Assembly (NCBI GenBank): GCA_030019435.1
Contig: JASEEV010000001.1
Coordinates: forward strand, 28,064-92,063
Length of the DNA stretch: 64,000 nucleotides
DNA from: Methanocellales archaeon
Lineage (GTDB): Archaea; Halobacteriota; UBA148
Direction: 5' to 3'
Shown: in pieces, positions 10,677-23,300 of the stretch
Position numbering within the stretch: position 1 is the stretch's first letter
Layout of the letters: each line of letters begins with the position of its first letter
The notes under the pieces: generated by a model
Told to the model about the DNA's origin: nothing
The model's database searches: none
What the model saw: only the letters and a program-made list of their open reading frames with translations
Translations under genes and position numbers: made by a program

Positions 10677-10967
10677 GTGAAGAGTGATTTAGACCTAAAA
10701 ACCTATGAAAGAACCATCTATGAAAGAATCGATTTGTTTATTCAACACTTTCATGCTGTTTCTGATAAACTAGAAGATGAGGAAGACGTTAAATCGAGTA
10801 TTATCGACAAGTTTATAGACATTTTGGGTTGGGATTTAGGCGATCCTTTAGAGGTCAAAAAAGAGCAAAAAATCGAGGGCAGAAAAAAGGCAGATTATGC
10901 CCTCAAAGTCGATGGAAAACCAAAATTTAAAATACAAAGTCTATTGGGTAAATCATGGAACGGGTGA
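10677..10967 (+). pseudogene. Truncated fragment of a restriction enzyme/methylase N-terminal (HsdR_N-like) domain
   Basis: The 96-aa ORF has the Mrr-cat/HsdR_N-like core (ILGWDLGDP...EGRKKADYALKVDGKPKF). It ends abruptly and runs into a 190-bp AT-rich tract. Confidence 0.4.
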
Positions 10968-11157
10968 AATCTTAAAAACAAAATTTGAAATTATCCGATA
11001 AGAAATAGATAGTAAAATCATGACTTAGTCTTCTATTCATCAAGTTTAAATTTTGAGTCTATTGTTCAACTGAAATTCATAAATCTGTCATTTGGCAACA
11101 GGCCCTTATTTGATTAAATTAATCTACTTTCCGAACTACTGGGGTATTTAGAACCCT

Positions 11158-12339
11158 TTATGGGTATAATTCGTCTGGTATTAACATTTTGAAGTAACCT
11201 TTGCCCTTCTCAAGTGCACGATATTTGCATATAGCTGCGAGAGTAGAGTATCTTGGAGGAGGTAATTTATCGGACATTTTTATAACTCTGGCACCTACAA
11301 GTCCAACTCCTCTAAAAGTCAAGTCCCCCGGAGTAAGATTATATGCCCGTGGATTTGAAACTGTGTAAAGCTCATCCAAAATATACTCTTTTCTATAACG
11401 TTTAATAGTCCATTGCCAAGTTAACAGAACACCGCTTATATCTCGATTATAGTCCTGAGTGAATTCCCTTTTAACAATAACCGGAAACATTCTATCCGGA
11501 GCCTGATACCTCGTAAAATCCATAGAGATCAAAGCAGGAGAATCTTCTGGCAGCTGTTTTTTAGCCTTCTTAAATGTATTACGTACACGTTTAACTTCGC
11601 TGTAATCTACGGGAGCAGAAACATACACGATTCTATTATCACTATACTCAAAGCCTTCGGCTTGAATGAACACAGGAGATATCCTAATCGTGGGGACTCC
11701 ATTGTGGCGTAGAGGTTTACCATCAAAACGAAGAATGCCCTCTTTTACAATCTCAACAATTTGTGAGATATGCTCTTCAGTCAAAGCGCCAGGCAAGTCT
11801 ATCTTAATGTCACAAGATTTCTTAGCCTGGTCCAGCTCATCAAAAACACGCTCCTCTAAAACCTTAGCAAGCTTACCGAACGCTCTCTGTTTCTCTGACG
11901 CCCTAAATTTCTTACATTCAATGTATATCCATTTATTTCTGATTTTTACCCGCATATCTGGAGCTCTCTTTCCAGAGGATGGATAGAGTTCAATGCATTT
12001 ATTTTTTGAGTTCCTTCTAAAAAGAGCGGCTATGTGCGCCTCGTAAACAGCCGCCTCGTACTTTTTGCGATCTTTTAAATTATTAATTAGTTCATCGAAG
12101 CCAATAACTCCTTGTAGAACTTCGAGGTCTAGCCCTAACGTGGTGAGTTGCATTATGTTCGGCATTCCTTTCTGCTTCCATTTTGCACCGATTGGATGGG
12201 CCGACTTGAAATCTTTCGAAGCTTCTGCTTGTAGCCATTCTTCTCCAAGAATATCTTTGAGCAGATTAAAAATATGGATACACTGTTTCCTACTGAATTG
12301 ACTACCATTTATGGATTCGTTGTCTTCAATCCACACCAA
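11158..12339 (-). CDS. Hypothetical protein with predicted PD-(D/E)xK nuclease core
   Basis: The 393-aa ORF is AT-richer than its neighbours. Central segment YEAAVYEAH...CIELYP...PDMRVKIRNKWIYIECKK fits the E...PD...(D/E)xK arrangement. N- and C-terminal domains unrecognised. Confidence 0.45.
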   Translation of the reverse strand: MVWIEDNESINGSQFSRKQCIHIFNLLKDILGEEWLQAEASKDFKSAHPIGAKWKQKGMPNIMQLTTLGLDLEVLQGVIGFDELINNLKDRKKYEAAVYEAHIAALFRRNSKNKCIELYPSSGKRAPDMRVKIRNKWIYIECKKFRASEKQRAFGKLAKVLEERVFDELDQAKKSCDIKIDLPGALTEEHISQIVEIVKEGILRFDGKPLRHNGVPTIRISPVFIQAEGFEYSDNRIVYVSAPVDYSEVKRVRNTFKKAKKQLPEDSPALISMDFTRYQAPDRMFPVIVKREFTQDYNRDISGVLLTWQWTIKRYRKEYILDELYTVSNPRAYNLTPGDLTFRGVGLVGARVIKMSDKLPPPRYSTLAAICKYRALEKGKGYFKMLIPDELYP

Positions 12340-12487
12340 TTTTGCATCTCCTTATAGCTAAAATTGCATATAACTACCTATATGCGAACCTCCTCATAAA
12401 AAGACTCTTACTAAATTTAAAGCTAAACTTGTTTACTACCCAATCATCGACTTGGTTAGAAGAATTTGACCCTCGGAAGTACTGAAG

Positions 12488-12507
12488 CACATCAAATCTC
12501 ATCTGGT
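12488..12507 (+). repeat. Copy 1 of 20-bp palindromic repeat (CACAYCARATCTMATCTGGT)
   Basis: cacatcaaatctcatctggt, followed by gaatagcatgg (extended similarity to copy 3). Lies in the divergent intergenic region. Confidence 0.6.
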
Positions 12508-12556
12508 GAATAGCATGGGAATAAAGCTTTAAGCTTTTGAGACAAATTGTTTTTAG

Positions 12557-12775
12557 GTGCCAGAAATGAGCAGCGTAAGTAAGACGTTTGATTGGTATAC
12601 TCGACATCCAAAAGAACTTAGGGGACATGCAGGAAAACACGTCGCAATAGTAGACGAAGAGATCGCCAGCGTCGCCAACTCCGCCATAGAAGCCTATGAG
12701 AAAGCCAAGAAAAAGTATCCGAAAAAGATACCCCTTCTAACATACGTTCCAAAGGGCGAAACACTGGTCCTATGA
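12557..12775 (+). CDS. Small protein (72 aa), upstream partner of the aspartic protease
   Basis: 72-aa ORF with a conserved-looking core HAGKHVAIVDEEI. Its stop overlaps the start of the next gene (ATGA), indicating translational coupling. Confidence 0.5.
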   Translation: MPEMSSVSKTFDWYTRHPKELRGHAGKHVAIVDEEIASVANSAIEAYEKAKKKYPKKIPLLTYVPKGETLVL

Positions 12776-13182
12776 CTAAGAAACACTATTTTCCCTATAA
12801 GAGAGAGCCCTCTAAGATATTTGGAGAGATCAGCAGACCAGTCGTCGAGGCTTATCTAGAGACAAGGGACGGGGATTGGTTCCAAGTGTCTCCTTATGCG
12901 GATTCTGGGGCAGATGTCACGTTATTCCCCAGATCAATCTGTGAGATCTTGGGTCTAAAACTCAAAGAGGGAGAGAAGAGCAGTATCACTGGCGTCTCAG
13001 GCGAAGAAATAAAAATATTCATCCATAAAATCAAGATCAGAATTGGTGACGAGGGGCTTGAAATACCTGCCGCCTTCGCCGAGAGGGAGGACATACCCTA
13101 TCTACTGGGCAGAGCAGGCATCCTGGATTATTTTGATATTTGGTTTGAGAAGGACAGGGTTTGCTTTATCGTTAGGAATTAG
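12772..13182 (+). CDS. Retropepsin-like (clan AA) aspartic protease
   Basis: Catalytic motif ADSGADVTLFP (D-S/T-G-A); about 136 aa, the size of single-lobe retropepsin-like proteases; C-terminal ILDYFDIWF dimerisation-like strand. Confidence 0.7.
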   Translation: MTKKHYFPYKREPSKIFGEISRPVVEAYLETRDGDWFQVSPYADSGADVTLFPRSICEILGLKLKEGEKSSITGVSGEEIKIFIHKIKIRIGDEGLEIPAAFAEREDIPYLLGRAGILDYFDIWFEKDRVCFIVRN

Positions 13183-13246
13183 TTGAATTGGTTGAGGGAG
13201 ATCATAAGCGTAAAGATTACTAGAATGCCAACTTCAATAACCCAAT

Positions 13247-13266
13247 CACACCAAATCTCATCTGGT
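13247..13266 (+). repeat. Copy 2 of 20-bp palindromic repeat
   Basis: cacaccaaatctcatctggt between the convergent protease and vapC genes. Confidence 0.6.
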
Positions 13267-13290
13267 TATGGTGGAGCGAAAAGGGGAACA

Positions 13291-13713
13291 TCAAAACTCT
13301 GGCAACCTCTTGATTTTATCAACGTTTTCAAAGCTACGATCAAATGAATAGATCTCTTTTATTCCCTCCCTCCTCATGATCTGTATGGCAAGAGAATCGT
13401 TCGGATCCATCTTCGTCTCATCCATGAGCTCTATCGCTCCCAGATAATCGTTTTTGGTGACGTCCACGATCTTGATGTTGTCCGATGAGTACAGTCCGAT
13501 CAATAGCGTGGCAAGCTCATCCAGTGGCAATGCTCGTTTTAGTATATTTGAAACCTCAGACAGATGAACGACGGCTGTTATCACCGTCTCTCCTTCATTT
13601 ATCCTCCTCACAATTTCCTTTGATTTCTCCTTCATCGCCTTTTGCTTTGGACTCAGGTCATGCACTGGCTTATAATAGGCGTAGATGAAGATGTTTGCAT
13701 CTAAGAACCTCAA
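13291..13713 (-). CDS. vapC: PIN-domain toxin
   Basis: MRFLDANIFIY N-terminus (first acidic residue) and SFDRSF C-terminal motif; 140 aa. Confidence 0.8.
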   Translation of the reverse strand: MRFLDANIFIYAYYKPVHDLSPKQKAMKEKSKEIVRRINEGETVITAVVHLSEVSNILKRALPLDELATLLIGLYSSDNIKIVDVTKNDYLGAIELMDETKMDPNDSLAIQIMRREGIKEIYSFDRSFENVDKIKRLPEF

Positions 13714-13964
13714 ACCTCTCCCTCATAGAACTCTTTTTCAAATTCGTCCCAATCTCCTATGTTCATGCCTAGATCGGCTTTATCAAAGAATTTCGTCAGG
13801 TCCACCTTCTTCTTCGGAATCATCTTGAGATATCCTTTTCTCTTTATTATGAACACCTCATTGGTCCCTTTCAACTCTTCTTTTCTCCAGTCAGACGGCA
13901 ACACGAATCTCCCTTGCTCATCAACTTTCTTCGCTTCAACGCCCTCGACCAAATCTATCACCAT
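13710..13964 (-). CDS. vapB: AbrB/SpoVT-fold antitoxin
   Basis: GRFVLPSDWRKE swapped-hairpin motif; 84 aa; stop overlaps the vapC start by 4 nt. Confidence 0.7.
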   Translation of the reverse strand: MVIDLVEGVEAKKVDEQGRFVLPSDWRKEELKGTNEVFIIKRKGYLKMIPKKKVDLTKFFDKADLGMNIGDWDEFEKEFYEGEV

Positions 13965-14107
13965 AGTAAAGTAAATGTGCCATATATTAATAGTTTATGG
14001 TCAAAATAATATAATCTGGCATCACGTCATATACTTCGCATTGATCCTGACATAATCGTATGTGAGATCGCAGCATCATCGGTCGTTTAGTCACATCGCA
14101 GATCAAA

Positions 14108-15796
<1,689 letters not shown>

Positions 15797-15819
<23 letters not shown>

Positions 15820-16102
15820 CTTCTGCCTTCTTCTTAAATTTTCTCTTGAATTCAGCGCATTGTTTACCCAGTCGGGCGGATGCATCCTTTAACACTATGA
15901 CCGGATCTATACCATTCGTCCTGACATATAGCACTGGATTACTGATATCTGGATGCTTGATGTCATAGGAGGCTATTCTTACCCTTTCATCCTCCAAGAG
16001 GGTGGATTTCAGCGCATTTAAGAGTGTGTGAGTCTCACCCATGATCTCCAACTTGATTTCTCGAGAAGTTTTCTTAAAAATCTTGATCTCCATTCTGTTC
16101 AC
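15797..16102 (-). CDS. rpoL: DNA-directed RNA polymerase subunit L (Rpo11)
   Basis: EIKLEIMGETHTLLNAL ... SYDIKHP ... PVLYVRT motifs; about 95 aa. Confidence 0.8.
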
Positions 16103-16690
16103 CTATATCATGCCGGATCCATAATCATCAGCGATCTTTCGAGTTTCGATTCGCCCACACCCCGAACACTCCAGTTTATCGCCCTTCCTTCTCAGCGTTG
16201 CTCTACATCGGGAGCAGATTGCTTTGATCACGCCCAAATCCTTGTGGTCGGTGCTCAGCCGTAATGTCTTGGCATCGATGACCTTTGCCCTTACGATGTC
16301 CCGGAAACCAAATTCATAGCCTAGTTCCTTGACATATGCGTCTTTTATGTTTGATATGTGAATTGCACCCTGTTCTGGAGTAGCTATCTCCCTGTCCTCT
16401 TGACCTTTTATCCGTGCAATATCCACGAGGACGACTGAACTCTTAATATCTGAAACCCTCCCTATGACGATATCCCCAACTTTAGGAACGGGTGGCGTGT
16501 CCGTCTGAGGCACTACAGATACGCTCCTCTCCTTTGTATCGATTTTTACGACTCCTGTACAAGCTGCATATATATTTCCCTTGTCCTCGTAAGTTCCATT
16601 CCTGGACAGAAACTCCTCAGAAGTTCCTATAAAGTCGCCAGGTATGACAAAATTGTCCTTTATTTTTGGCATATCACTTTCTCCTTTCAA
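16103..16690 (-). CDS. csl4: Exosome complex component Csl4
   Basis: N-terminal beta domain, S1 region ([10 protein letters not shown]) and C-terminal zinc ribbon CSRCRATL...CSGCG. Confidence 0.75.
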   Translation of the reverse strand: MKGESDMPKIKDNFVIPGDFIGTSEEFLSRNGTYEDKGNIYAACTGVVKIDTKERSVSVVPQTDTPPVPKVGDIVIGRVSDIKSSVVLVDIARIKGQEDREIATPEQGAIHISNIKDAYVKELGYEFGFRDIVRAKVIDAKTLRLSTDHKDLGVIKAICSRCRATLRRKGDKLECSGCGRIETRKIADDYGSGMI

Positions 16691-17288
16691 GTCTATATAA
16701 CTCTACATTCACTATTTCTATATCTTTCTTGTGAAACTTAAATGTCCGTTTTATTGGAAAATCGATCGCTATTTGGTGCGTTATGATGGCGTGGGGATGG
16801 ATGAATTTACTGATAAAGTTCCCACTCCCAACGTTATGAAGCGAGTAGACGACTTCTCCGATCTCCAATGCTTTTCGCAAGAAAGGACGATCACTCCCTT
16901 TTATTTGTGCTCCGAAGGGGGGATTCATTATTACCGAAGGGCTAACGCCCTCTCGACACCTGCATACTGTAAAGTCTTTTACATCACAACAGATGAACTC
17001 GATGTCTACGCCAAGGCGTTCAGCATTTGCTCTAGCGATGTGCAGCGCCCTCATATCAACATCCACACCTATAACCTTTTCTGCCCCAAGCAACTTTGCT
17101 CCTATGGCGAGGGTGCCAGTGCCACAACCCAGGTCAAATACCGTACCACTGAGGTCTCCTTGCATGTATGCGAAGTGGAGCAGTTCAGCAGCTATGGGTG
17201 CGGGCGTCACATATTGCTCCTTGCGCACATCCGGCGCTGAGAAGCCCCTGACCTCCTCCAAGATCATCTCAAGTTGTTTTTTCTTCAT
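16674..17288 (-). CDS. Predicted RNA methyltransferase (class I SAM MTase, N6-adenine/NPPF type)
   Basis: SAM motif [15 protein letters not shown] and catalytic IMNPPFG; archaeal exosome-neighbourhood methylase. Confidence 0.7.
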   Translation of the reverse strand: MKKKQLEMILEEVRGFSAPDVRKEQYVTPAPIAAELLHFAYMQGDLSGTVFDLGCGTGTLAIGAKLLGAEKVIGVDVDMRALHIARANAERLGVDIEFICCDVKDFTVCRCREGVSPSVIMNPPFGAQIKGSDRPFLRKALEIGEVVYSLHNVGSGNFISKFIHPHAIITHQIAIDFPIKRTFKFHKKDIEIVNVELYRLERRK

Positions 17289-17295
17289 ATCGAAC

Positions 17296-17682
17296 TTAAT
17301 CTCGTTCTAGGCTTAACTTTCTGGTGAGGGAGAATACGATCTCCCTCATAAATTCCACTAATCCGATCAACGCAAGGATGATGATGAGCGATCCTGTGAT
17401 CATGAGGAGCGTATGCTGCCTTTGGAGGAATTCAAAAATCACAAGGAAAGACGCTGCAGACCAGAGTGCCAAAGCCCCTATGAGATAGCACCTTAGATGC
17501 CTTACCAGGAAGCAAGCATAGGACCAAAGTCCAAAGCTACAGATTGATATGACCAGCGCTCCGAGACACATAGAAGGTGGCCAATTTTTGTAGGCGGAAT
17601 AAAGTGCTAGAAAGAACAGCGCTAAGCCAACTAAAAGTGAAGCACATACTAAGCGCAGTTTATTTTTCTCCATCTCATTCAC
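17296..17682 (-). CDS. Hypothetical membrane protein (about 4 TM helices)
   Basis: ORF only; hydrophobic segments. Confidence 0.4.
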   Translation of the reverse strand: MNEMEKNKLRLVCASLLVGLALFFLALYSAYKNWPPSMCLGALVISICSFGLWSYACFLVRHLRCYLIGALALWSAASFLVIFEFLQRQHTLLMITGSLIIILALIGLVEFMREIVFSLTRKLSLERD

Positions 17683-18668
17683 ATCTCATCAAATTTAATA
17701 TCATCCCACGATCTCTCGCCTAATACGATCTCAAATTCTATGGGCGTGAGCATTGGCGTCTTGAACAACGCAGCATCATCGATGGCAATGCGTGGACAGG
17801 CGGTGTTGACGAACGCATCTGCTTTGAATGAGAGCAGTCGCTCTGGAGTGATTTCATCCATTGAAATCAGATGCGCTTCTAAACCCTTTCGCAAAGCCTT
17901 TTCTTGCAATCGTTCTGCTAACTCCATCCTTGTTTGTGCACTCTTTGTGCTGACTATGATTCCAAATGTTTTCGCATCTAGCGCTTTCGCGATGATGGTA
18001 TGCCGCTGACGAAGAATTGGCTCAGGTTCAACTTCTCTCACTTCATTTGATATCGGATCTGCTATGATGACACGCTTAGAGGTGGCAAGAGTGACACCCA
18101 ATGGATGGAAGTTCCCACTTCCTAGATAGATGAATTCGTCCACATCTACACGTGCAGCAGAAAAATTACAGCCAAGTATCTGCCCGTCATGTTTAACCCT
18201 GGAATCGCCTTTTCCAATGATACACGTCTTCCCATGCTTGGTGAGAAAATCTCTTGCTTCACCTAACTTGTGAACGTGCTGTACCGTGGTGATCAGCCCA
18301 ATCCGCCTCCCTTTGAGCAGCTTGATCGCTTGCTTTAGGGCAGGAATGACATCCGCATCTGATCGAACTTCGATGAACACCACCTTATTCATGGGCTCTA
18401 TTTCTGCATGCCCGAAATGAAATAATACGTCCACATGGGTGCGCAAACTCTCATCTACATCGCATGCGCCATGGCAAGGATTTCCAGAGATGAGAACGAT
18501 GGCACCGGTTCGCTCCTCAATTTTTTTTGCCATCTGCAACGCAGATCGTCTTAGCCCCTCTGGAAACTGGAGTCCAATCTTTTTGGCACCTCTTTCCTCT
18601 ATGATGGCTATGACTCGATCTAGCTCAAACTCAAAGCTAGCATAGGATGACATTGCCCTCAGAGACAT
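17679..18668 (-). CDS. dph2: Diphthamide synthase Dph2 (2-(3-amino-3-carboxypropyl)histidine synthase)
   Basis: About 330 aa; conserved Cys-containing segments (NPCHGACD) and overall archaeal Dph2 architecture. Confidence 0.65.
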   Translation of the reverse strand: MSLRAMSSYASFEFELDRVIAIIEERGAKKIGLQFPEGLRRSALQMAKKIEERTGAIVLISGNPCHGACDVDESLRTHVDVLFHFGHAEIEPMNKVVFIEVRSDADVIPALKQAIKLLKGRRIGLITTVQHVHKLGEARDFLTKHGKTCIIGKGDSRVKHDGQILGCNFSAARVDVDEFIYLGSGNFHPLGVTLATSKRVIIADPISNEVREVEPEPILRQRHTIIAKALDAKTFGIIVSTKSAQTRMELAERLQEKALRKGLEAHLISMDEITPERLLSFKADAFVNTACPRIAIDDAALFKTPMLTPIEFEIVLGERSWDDIKFDEM

Positions 18669-19188
18669 CTACTCTAACCAACACCTTGGGAGAATATCCC
18701 ATCTCTTTGATTTTCTGTACTCCCTCGCCCCTACTGATCACAGCGACTATGTCTTTGATCTCCGCACCTGCCGTCTCAAGAGCTTTGATCGTTGCCTGCA
18801 TCGTGCCCCCAGTACTTATGACGTCATCGACGATCAGCACCTTATCTCCCCTATGAATGCCATTCAGGTATAATTCGCCTTTAGAATAGCCGGTTACTTG
18901 ATGAATGGCAATCTCGCCTGGTAAGTCGTATTTCTTTTTTCTGATGATCACCAAGGGAATGTCTGTGAGCAATGAAAGAGCTGTTCCGACATGGATGCCC
19001 ATCGCCTCTATTGTGACGATCTTGTCGACCTCCATGTTTGCCATCCTGAGGATGTGCATGCTTACTTCCCTGATCAGATCAGCCCGCAACTCAGGCACGC
19101 CATCAGTTATGGGATGGATGAAATAGTGATAGTCCCCGCGCTTGATCACAGGTGCATTTCGCAACGATTCTTTCAGCCTATCTAACAT
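18637..19188 (-). CDS. hpt: Purine phosphoribosyltransferase (archaeal Hpt-like)
   Basis: PRPP-binding motif [13 protein letters not shown]; 183 aa. Confidence 0.65.
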   Translation of the reverse strand: MLDRLKESLRNAPVIKRGDYHYFIHPITDGVPELRADLIREVSMHILRMANMEVDKIVTIEAMGIHVGTALSLLTDIPLVIIRKKKYDLPGEIAIHQVTGYSKGELYLNGIHRGDKVLIVDDVISTGGTMQATIKALETAGAEIKDIVAVISRGEGVQKIKEMGYSPKVLVRVDVSEGNVILC

Positions 19189-20305
19189 AACTTATTACCT
19201 CCTCTAAGTCGTCGAAGAAACTTCGCAAACTTTCTTCAGTTATATGTGGCATCATGATCAGTCTAAGCGCTTTCGGTTTGATCGTCGTTGAGACGTACCA
19301 GTTTCGCTTCTCCAGCTTGGATACGACTTCATCCAGGTTTTGGACAGAGAGCGCAATGATGTTGAGCACGGGCTTGATCACTGGATCTATGTCGAGACTT
19401 CTGGCTCTCTTCTCTGCAATCTTGGTCAGCCGCATGCACCTATCTACGATGCGCTTGTATCCTCTGCGTCCAAGATGCTTGAAAACCGCATAGGTCGCTG
19501 CTATGGAAGCGCCGGACCTAGTTCCAGTGAGTGAGTGCTGTTTTTCCTTCATATAAGTGGAGATCATTAACTGGTCCAAGTGTTCTCTACGGCGAAAGAG
19601 CAAGCCACCAGAAGGTATGGTGCTGGCTCCCATCTTATGTGGGTCCACTGTGATCGATGACACTCCGTCCAGCCTAAAATCAAACTTATGGTCCTCCTCT
19701 AAGAAAGGAATGATAAGACCTCCAAAGGCAGCATCCACATGTAGAAATATGTCCTCTGAGGAGGCAATATGGGACAATTGCTCAATTGGATCGATCTGTC
19801 CATATTCAGTGGTGCCAGCTATTCCCACAAGTGCTATGGTGTTTTCATCGATGAGATTTTCCACGGATGTTATGTCCACTCGATAGCGTTTATCCAACGA
19901 TGCTTTTCTTAGCTCCAGCCCGAGGATGCTCGCTGCCTTCTCAAAGGAAAAATGCGCTGATGCAGGAACGATTACATTAGGATTTCTCTCTGAGCTAAGA
20001 TTTCTGGCTACCCGAAGAGCTTGGATATTTGATTCCGTTCCCCCGGTCGTGATGTAGCCAGAGGCGTTTTGTGTACCTAGAAGAGAGGCAAGCATCGCTA
20101 TTACGCTGTCCTCCAGCTCTTTGGTACCGGGAAAAAGGTGGGGGTCACCCAAGTTCGTTTCTATGAACTTCTGATGCGCTTTGATTGCTAGAGGATGCGG
20201 TCTGGTACACATCGAACTAAATACTCGATCGAACGACGCGTCCCTTTCCCGAGCTTGGCATAGGAAATCTAATACTTCTCCCTCGGCAACTCCATTCTCA
20301 TCCAC
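19178..20305 (-). CDS. mfnA: L-tyrosine/L-aspartate decarboxylase, MfnA family (PLP)
   Basis: About 375 aa group II decarboxylase; SVDPHKMG PLP-lysine motif; N-terminal region typical of MfnA. Confidence 0.8.
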   Translation of the reverse strand: MDENGVAEGEVLDFLCQARERDASFDRVFSSMCTRPHPLAIKAHQKFIETNLGDPHLFPGTKELEDSVIAMLASLLGTQNASGYITTGGTESNIQALRVARNLSSERNPNVIVPASAHFSFEKAASILGLELRKASLDKRYRVDITSVENLIDENTIALVGIAGTTEYGQIDPIEQLSHIASSEDIFLHVDAAFGGLIIPFLEEDHKFDFRLDGVSSITVDPHKMGASTIPSGGLLFRRREHLDQLMISTYMKEKQHSLTGTRSGASIAATYAVFKHLGRRGYKRIVDRCMRLTKIAEKRARSLDIDPVIKPVLNIIALSVQNLDEVVSKLEKRNWYVSTTIKPKALRLIMMPHITEESLRSFFDDLEEVISYVR

Positions 20306-23300
20306 TTAAGATCTCCTCGCAACATCGAGAAGCATTCTTTGTTCAGCCCGTAGGACTGCTTCTCTGACTGACTCGACAGCATCTATGTTTGCAGATATGC
20401 TGGTTATGCCAAGCTCCACCAATTTCCTTGCCATAGAGGGAGATGAGCCAGCTTGTCCGCAAATAGATGTTTTCACGCCAGCTTTGTTGCACTCCTTGAT
20501 TACATGCTCGATTAGCTTTAGCACAGCAGGGTGATGCTCATCATATAGGTAGGCCACATTCTCGTTGTTCCTGTCAACCGCAAGCGTATATTGCGTGAGG
20601 TCGTTCGTGCCGAATGAGATGAAATCTAAGCCTTCTTCAATGAACTGATCGATAACAAGCGCTGATGCGGGCGTTTCTATCATGATTCCGAACTCGATCT
20701 TATCTAAGTCCAGGCCGGATTCAACCATGATCTGCTTTGCTTTGCGCAACTCCTTCGGATGCTGTACCAATGGAAGCATTATCCCAACATTGTCGTACCC
20801 TAGCTCATACAATTTCTTGAATGCCTGTAGTTCGAGCTTGAAATGCTCCACATCGGTTAGGTCACGTCGGATACCTCGCCATCCCATCATGGGGTTGTGC
20901 TCAACTGGCTCATCCTCACCGCCTTGCATGCTCTTGAACTCATCCGTCGGCGCATCCAGTGTTCTCACCCAGACGGATCTTGGATAAAACGCATCTGCAA
21001 CGGTGCGAATTCCCTTGACCAATTCGGCGACATATTCCTCTGATTTCCCTTCCTTGATATATAGCCGGGGATGTTTGCCCAGTCCGAGAATCATGTGCTC
21101 TATTCGCAGCAATCCTACACCATCTGCTCCGGTGGCTGCTGCCCTCTCTGCAGCCTCTGGAATGGATATGTTTACCTTGACCTCGGTGACGGTGACCTGT
21201 CTTGTTCTTGCTACGGGCGCTACAACTTGCGCTTCTTTGGCAATAACTTGCTCTAATTTTCCTTTGTACACATGTCCTTTCTCGCCATCGATCGTTACCA
21301 CCATCGCATCCTTCAGCACCCTCGTACCTTTTTTGGTACCAACGATGCACGGTATTCCAAGCTCCCTGGAGACAATGGCGGCATGACAATTGTTCACGAG
21401 GATTGGCGTCAAATGCTCTGTAAAGACTATATAGTTGTGATCGCCCTCCACTTCGATGTTGAACACCGTCTTCTCTCCAAGTTCCTTCAATTTTCGGATC
21501 CTTTGCATCCTTAAGCTGGAGTTAACGATCCTCTCTAACTCGATGTTAGATCTCCCCTTGACCAAAGGCAAGACATGTTTTTCCAGCTTGTCCGCGCCGA
21601 TTAAGAGGTTGTTGTTCACGTATGGCTTGATTTTTCCACCATTGTTCACATCGTTCACGATGCCACCGAGAATCTGACTTGCTGCAAACAGTTTAGTTCC
21701 AAGCACCTTATCACGAGGTTTGCCCTTTACCCGTTGTGTGTGTCTTAGCAGCCTATCCAAGCCCTCAACGATCTGCACGTTATAGATAGTTCGATTCTTG
21801 CTTACCAGGGGCAGTATGCCCAATCTGAGACATGCCAGAACCACTGCCTTAATCAATTCGTCACCAACATATATGTGTATTCTGCCACTTTCATGTGCAA
21901 TGTTGAACGATCCGTCACCATCGATGAACCCAACTAGGAACTTCACGATCGCATCCTCGCTCAGATATAAAATGAACTCCTCTAGATTATCTCTGATGTT
22001 GAGAAGCCTAGTGGCCGGTTTTTTCTGACTGCATATATATCGATTGGCGCTTCCAACCATTTCACGTCCTCGTATAACGCCAGAGGACACGTCTTCACCA
22101 TAATCTGTGAGCACAGTGCTAAATTCCCTATTAAACGCTTCACGAACACTGTTTATGTAGTTCAACTTTTCTGGAATGTTCTTCTGTCTAAATGTGACAC
22201 TACCTCGTCTGTTAGTCAATCTAATGTGGCCATCAGAAAATATGGCGCCAGCTATATATGCAAGATCCTCCGAGCAACCGCTAGCTCCATTGAACTCGTT
22301 GAGTGGGGTTGGAACTCTATCGACTGCAACGACTGCCTCGTTTCTGTCCAGCAGATCCTCTAGTTCTCGTTCCACCAATTTTCTGTCATCAAATGTCAAC
22401 ATTTTGTGATTCGGCGTTATTTTTAACGTATTATGCTTTGCTCTGCCCGTCTGTGATACTGCCACTTCCCAAACGTTTGAGGTCCGCCTCATCGAGCTTA
22501 AAACCCTCTTCCATTCAGGGCTTAAAGTGTCCTTGTTCACCGAGAGGACACGCACGTATTCGCCAGAACGTATCAATCTATCGAGTTTTTCTAGCTCGAT
22601 GATACCTCTGTCGGTTAGCACTCTTGTATCGCCAGTAAAGCAAGTCAATCCGCCCTCATCGGTTATGATCCCAACAGCGCGCTTCATGGCTGGAACCATA
22701 TCTGGTGTGGTCATCTTGGTGACCAAAATATCACCTTCCCCCACTCTATCCAACTCATCGAGTTTTGATACGATCTCCACGTTTCCGTAAGCAAGACCGG
22801 GCGAGGCGCCAATCCCCTCTAAAATCACTTCTCCCGCCTCTTCTGGCTTTAGCTCCTCCTCCCTTCGTTGAATGGTGGTGATTGGACGAGATTGCAACAT
22901 GTAGATTTTCTCATCCGCTATTGCCCACTCCACATCTTGCGGTATGCTATAATGGTTTTCCACGATCTCCCCAAGCTCAGTCAACTTCATCACCTCAGCA
23001 TCGGTCAAAACTGGTTTGTTCCTCATGTCATCTGGAACCTTCGTTTGGATTGTCTTTCCGGTCTTTGGGTCTTTGACATGCATGATGTCCTTGGTTGCGA
23101 TGTTACGTTGGACGATTTTTTTCGTCCTTCTGTCGACAACATAATTGTCTGGTGATATCGACCCAGACACGACCGTTTCACCTAAGCCCCAACCAGCTTC
23201 GATGATCGTTAGTGGCTCACCGCTAGTGGGATGTGAGGTAAATATTACGCCAGCCTTATCTGCATCCACCATTTTCTGGATGATGACGGAAATATTCACA

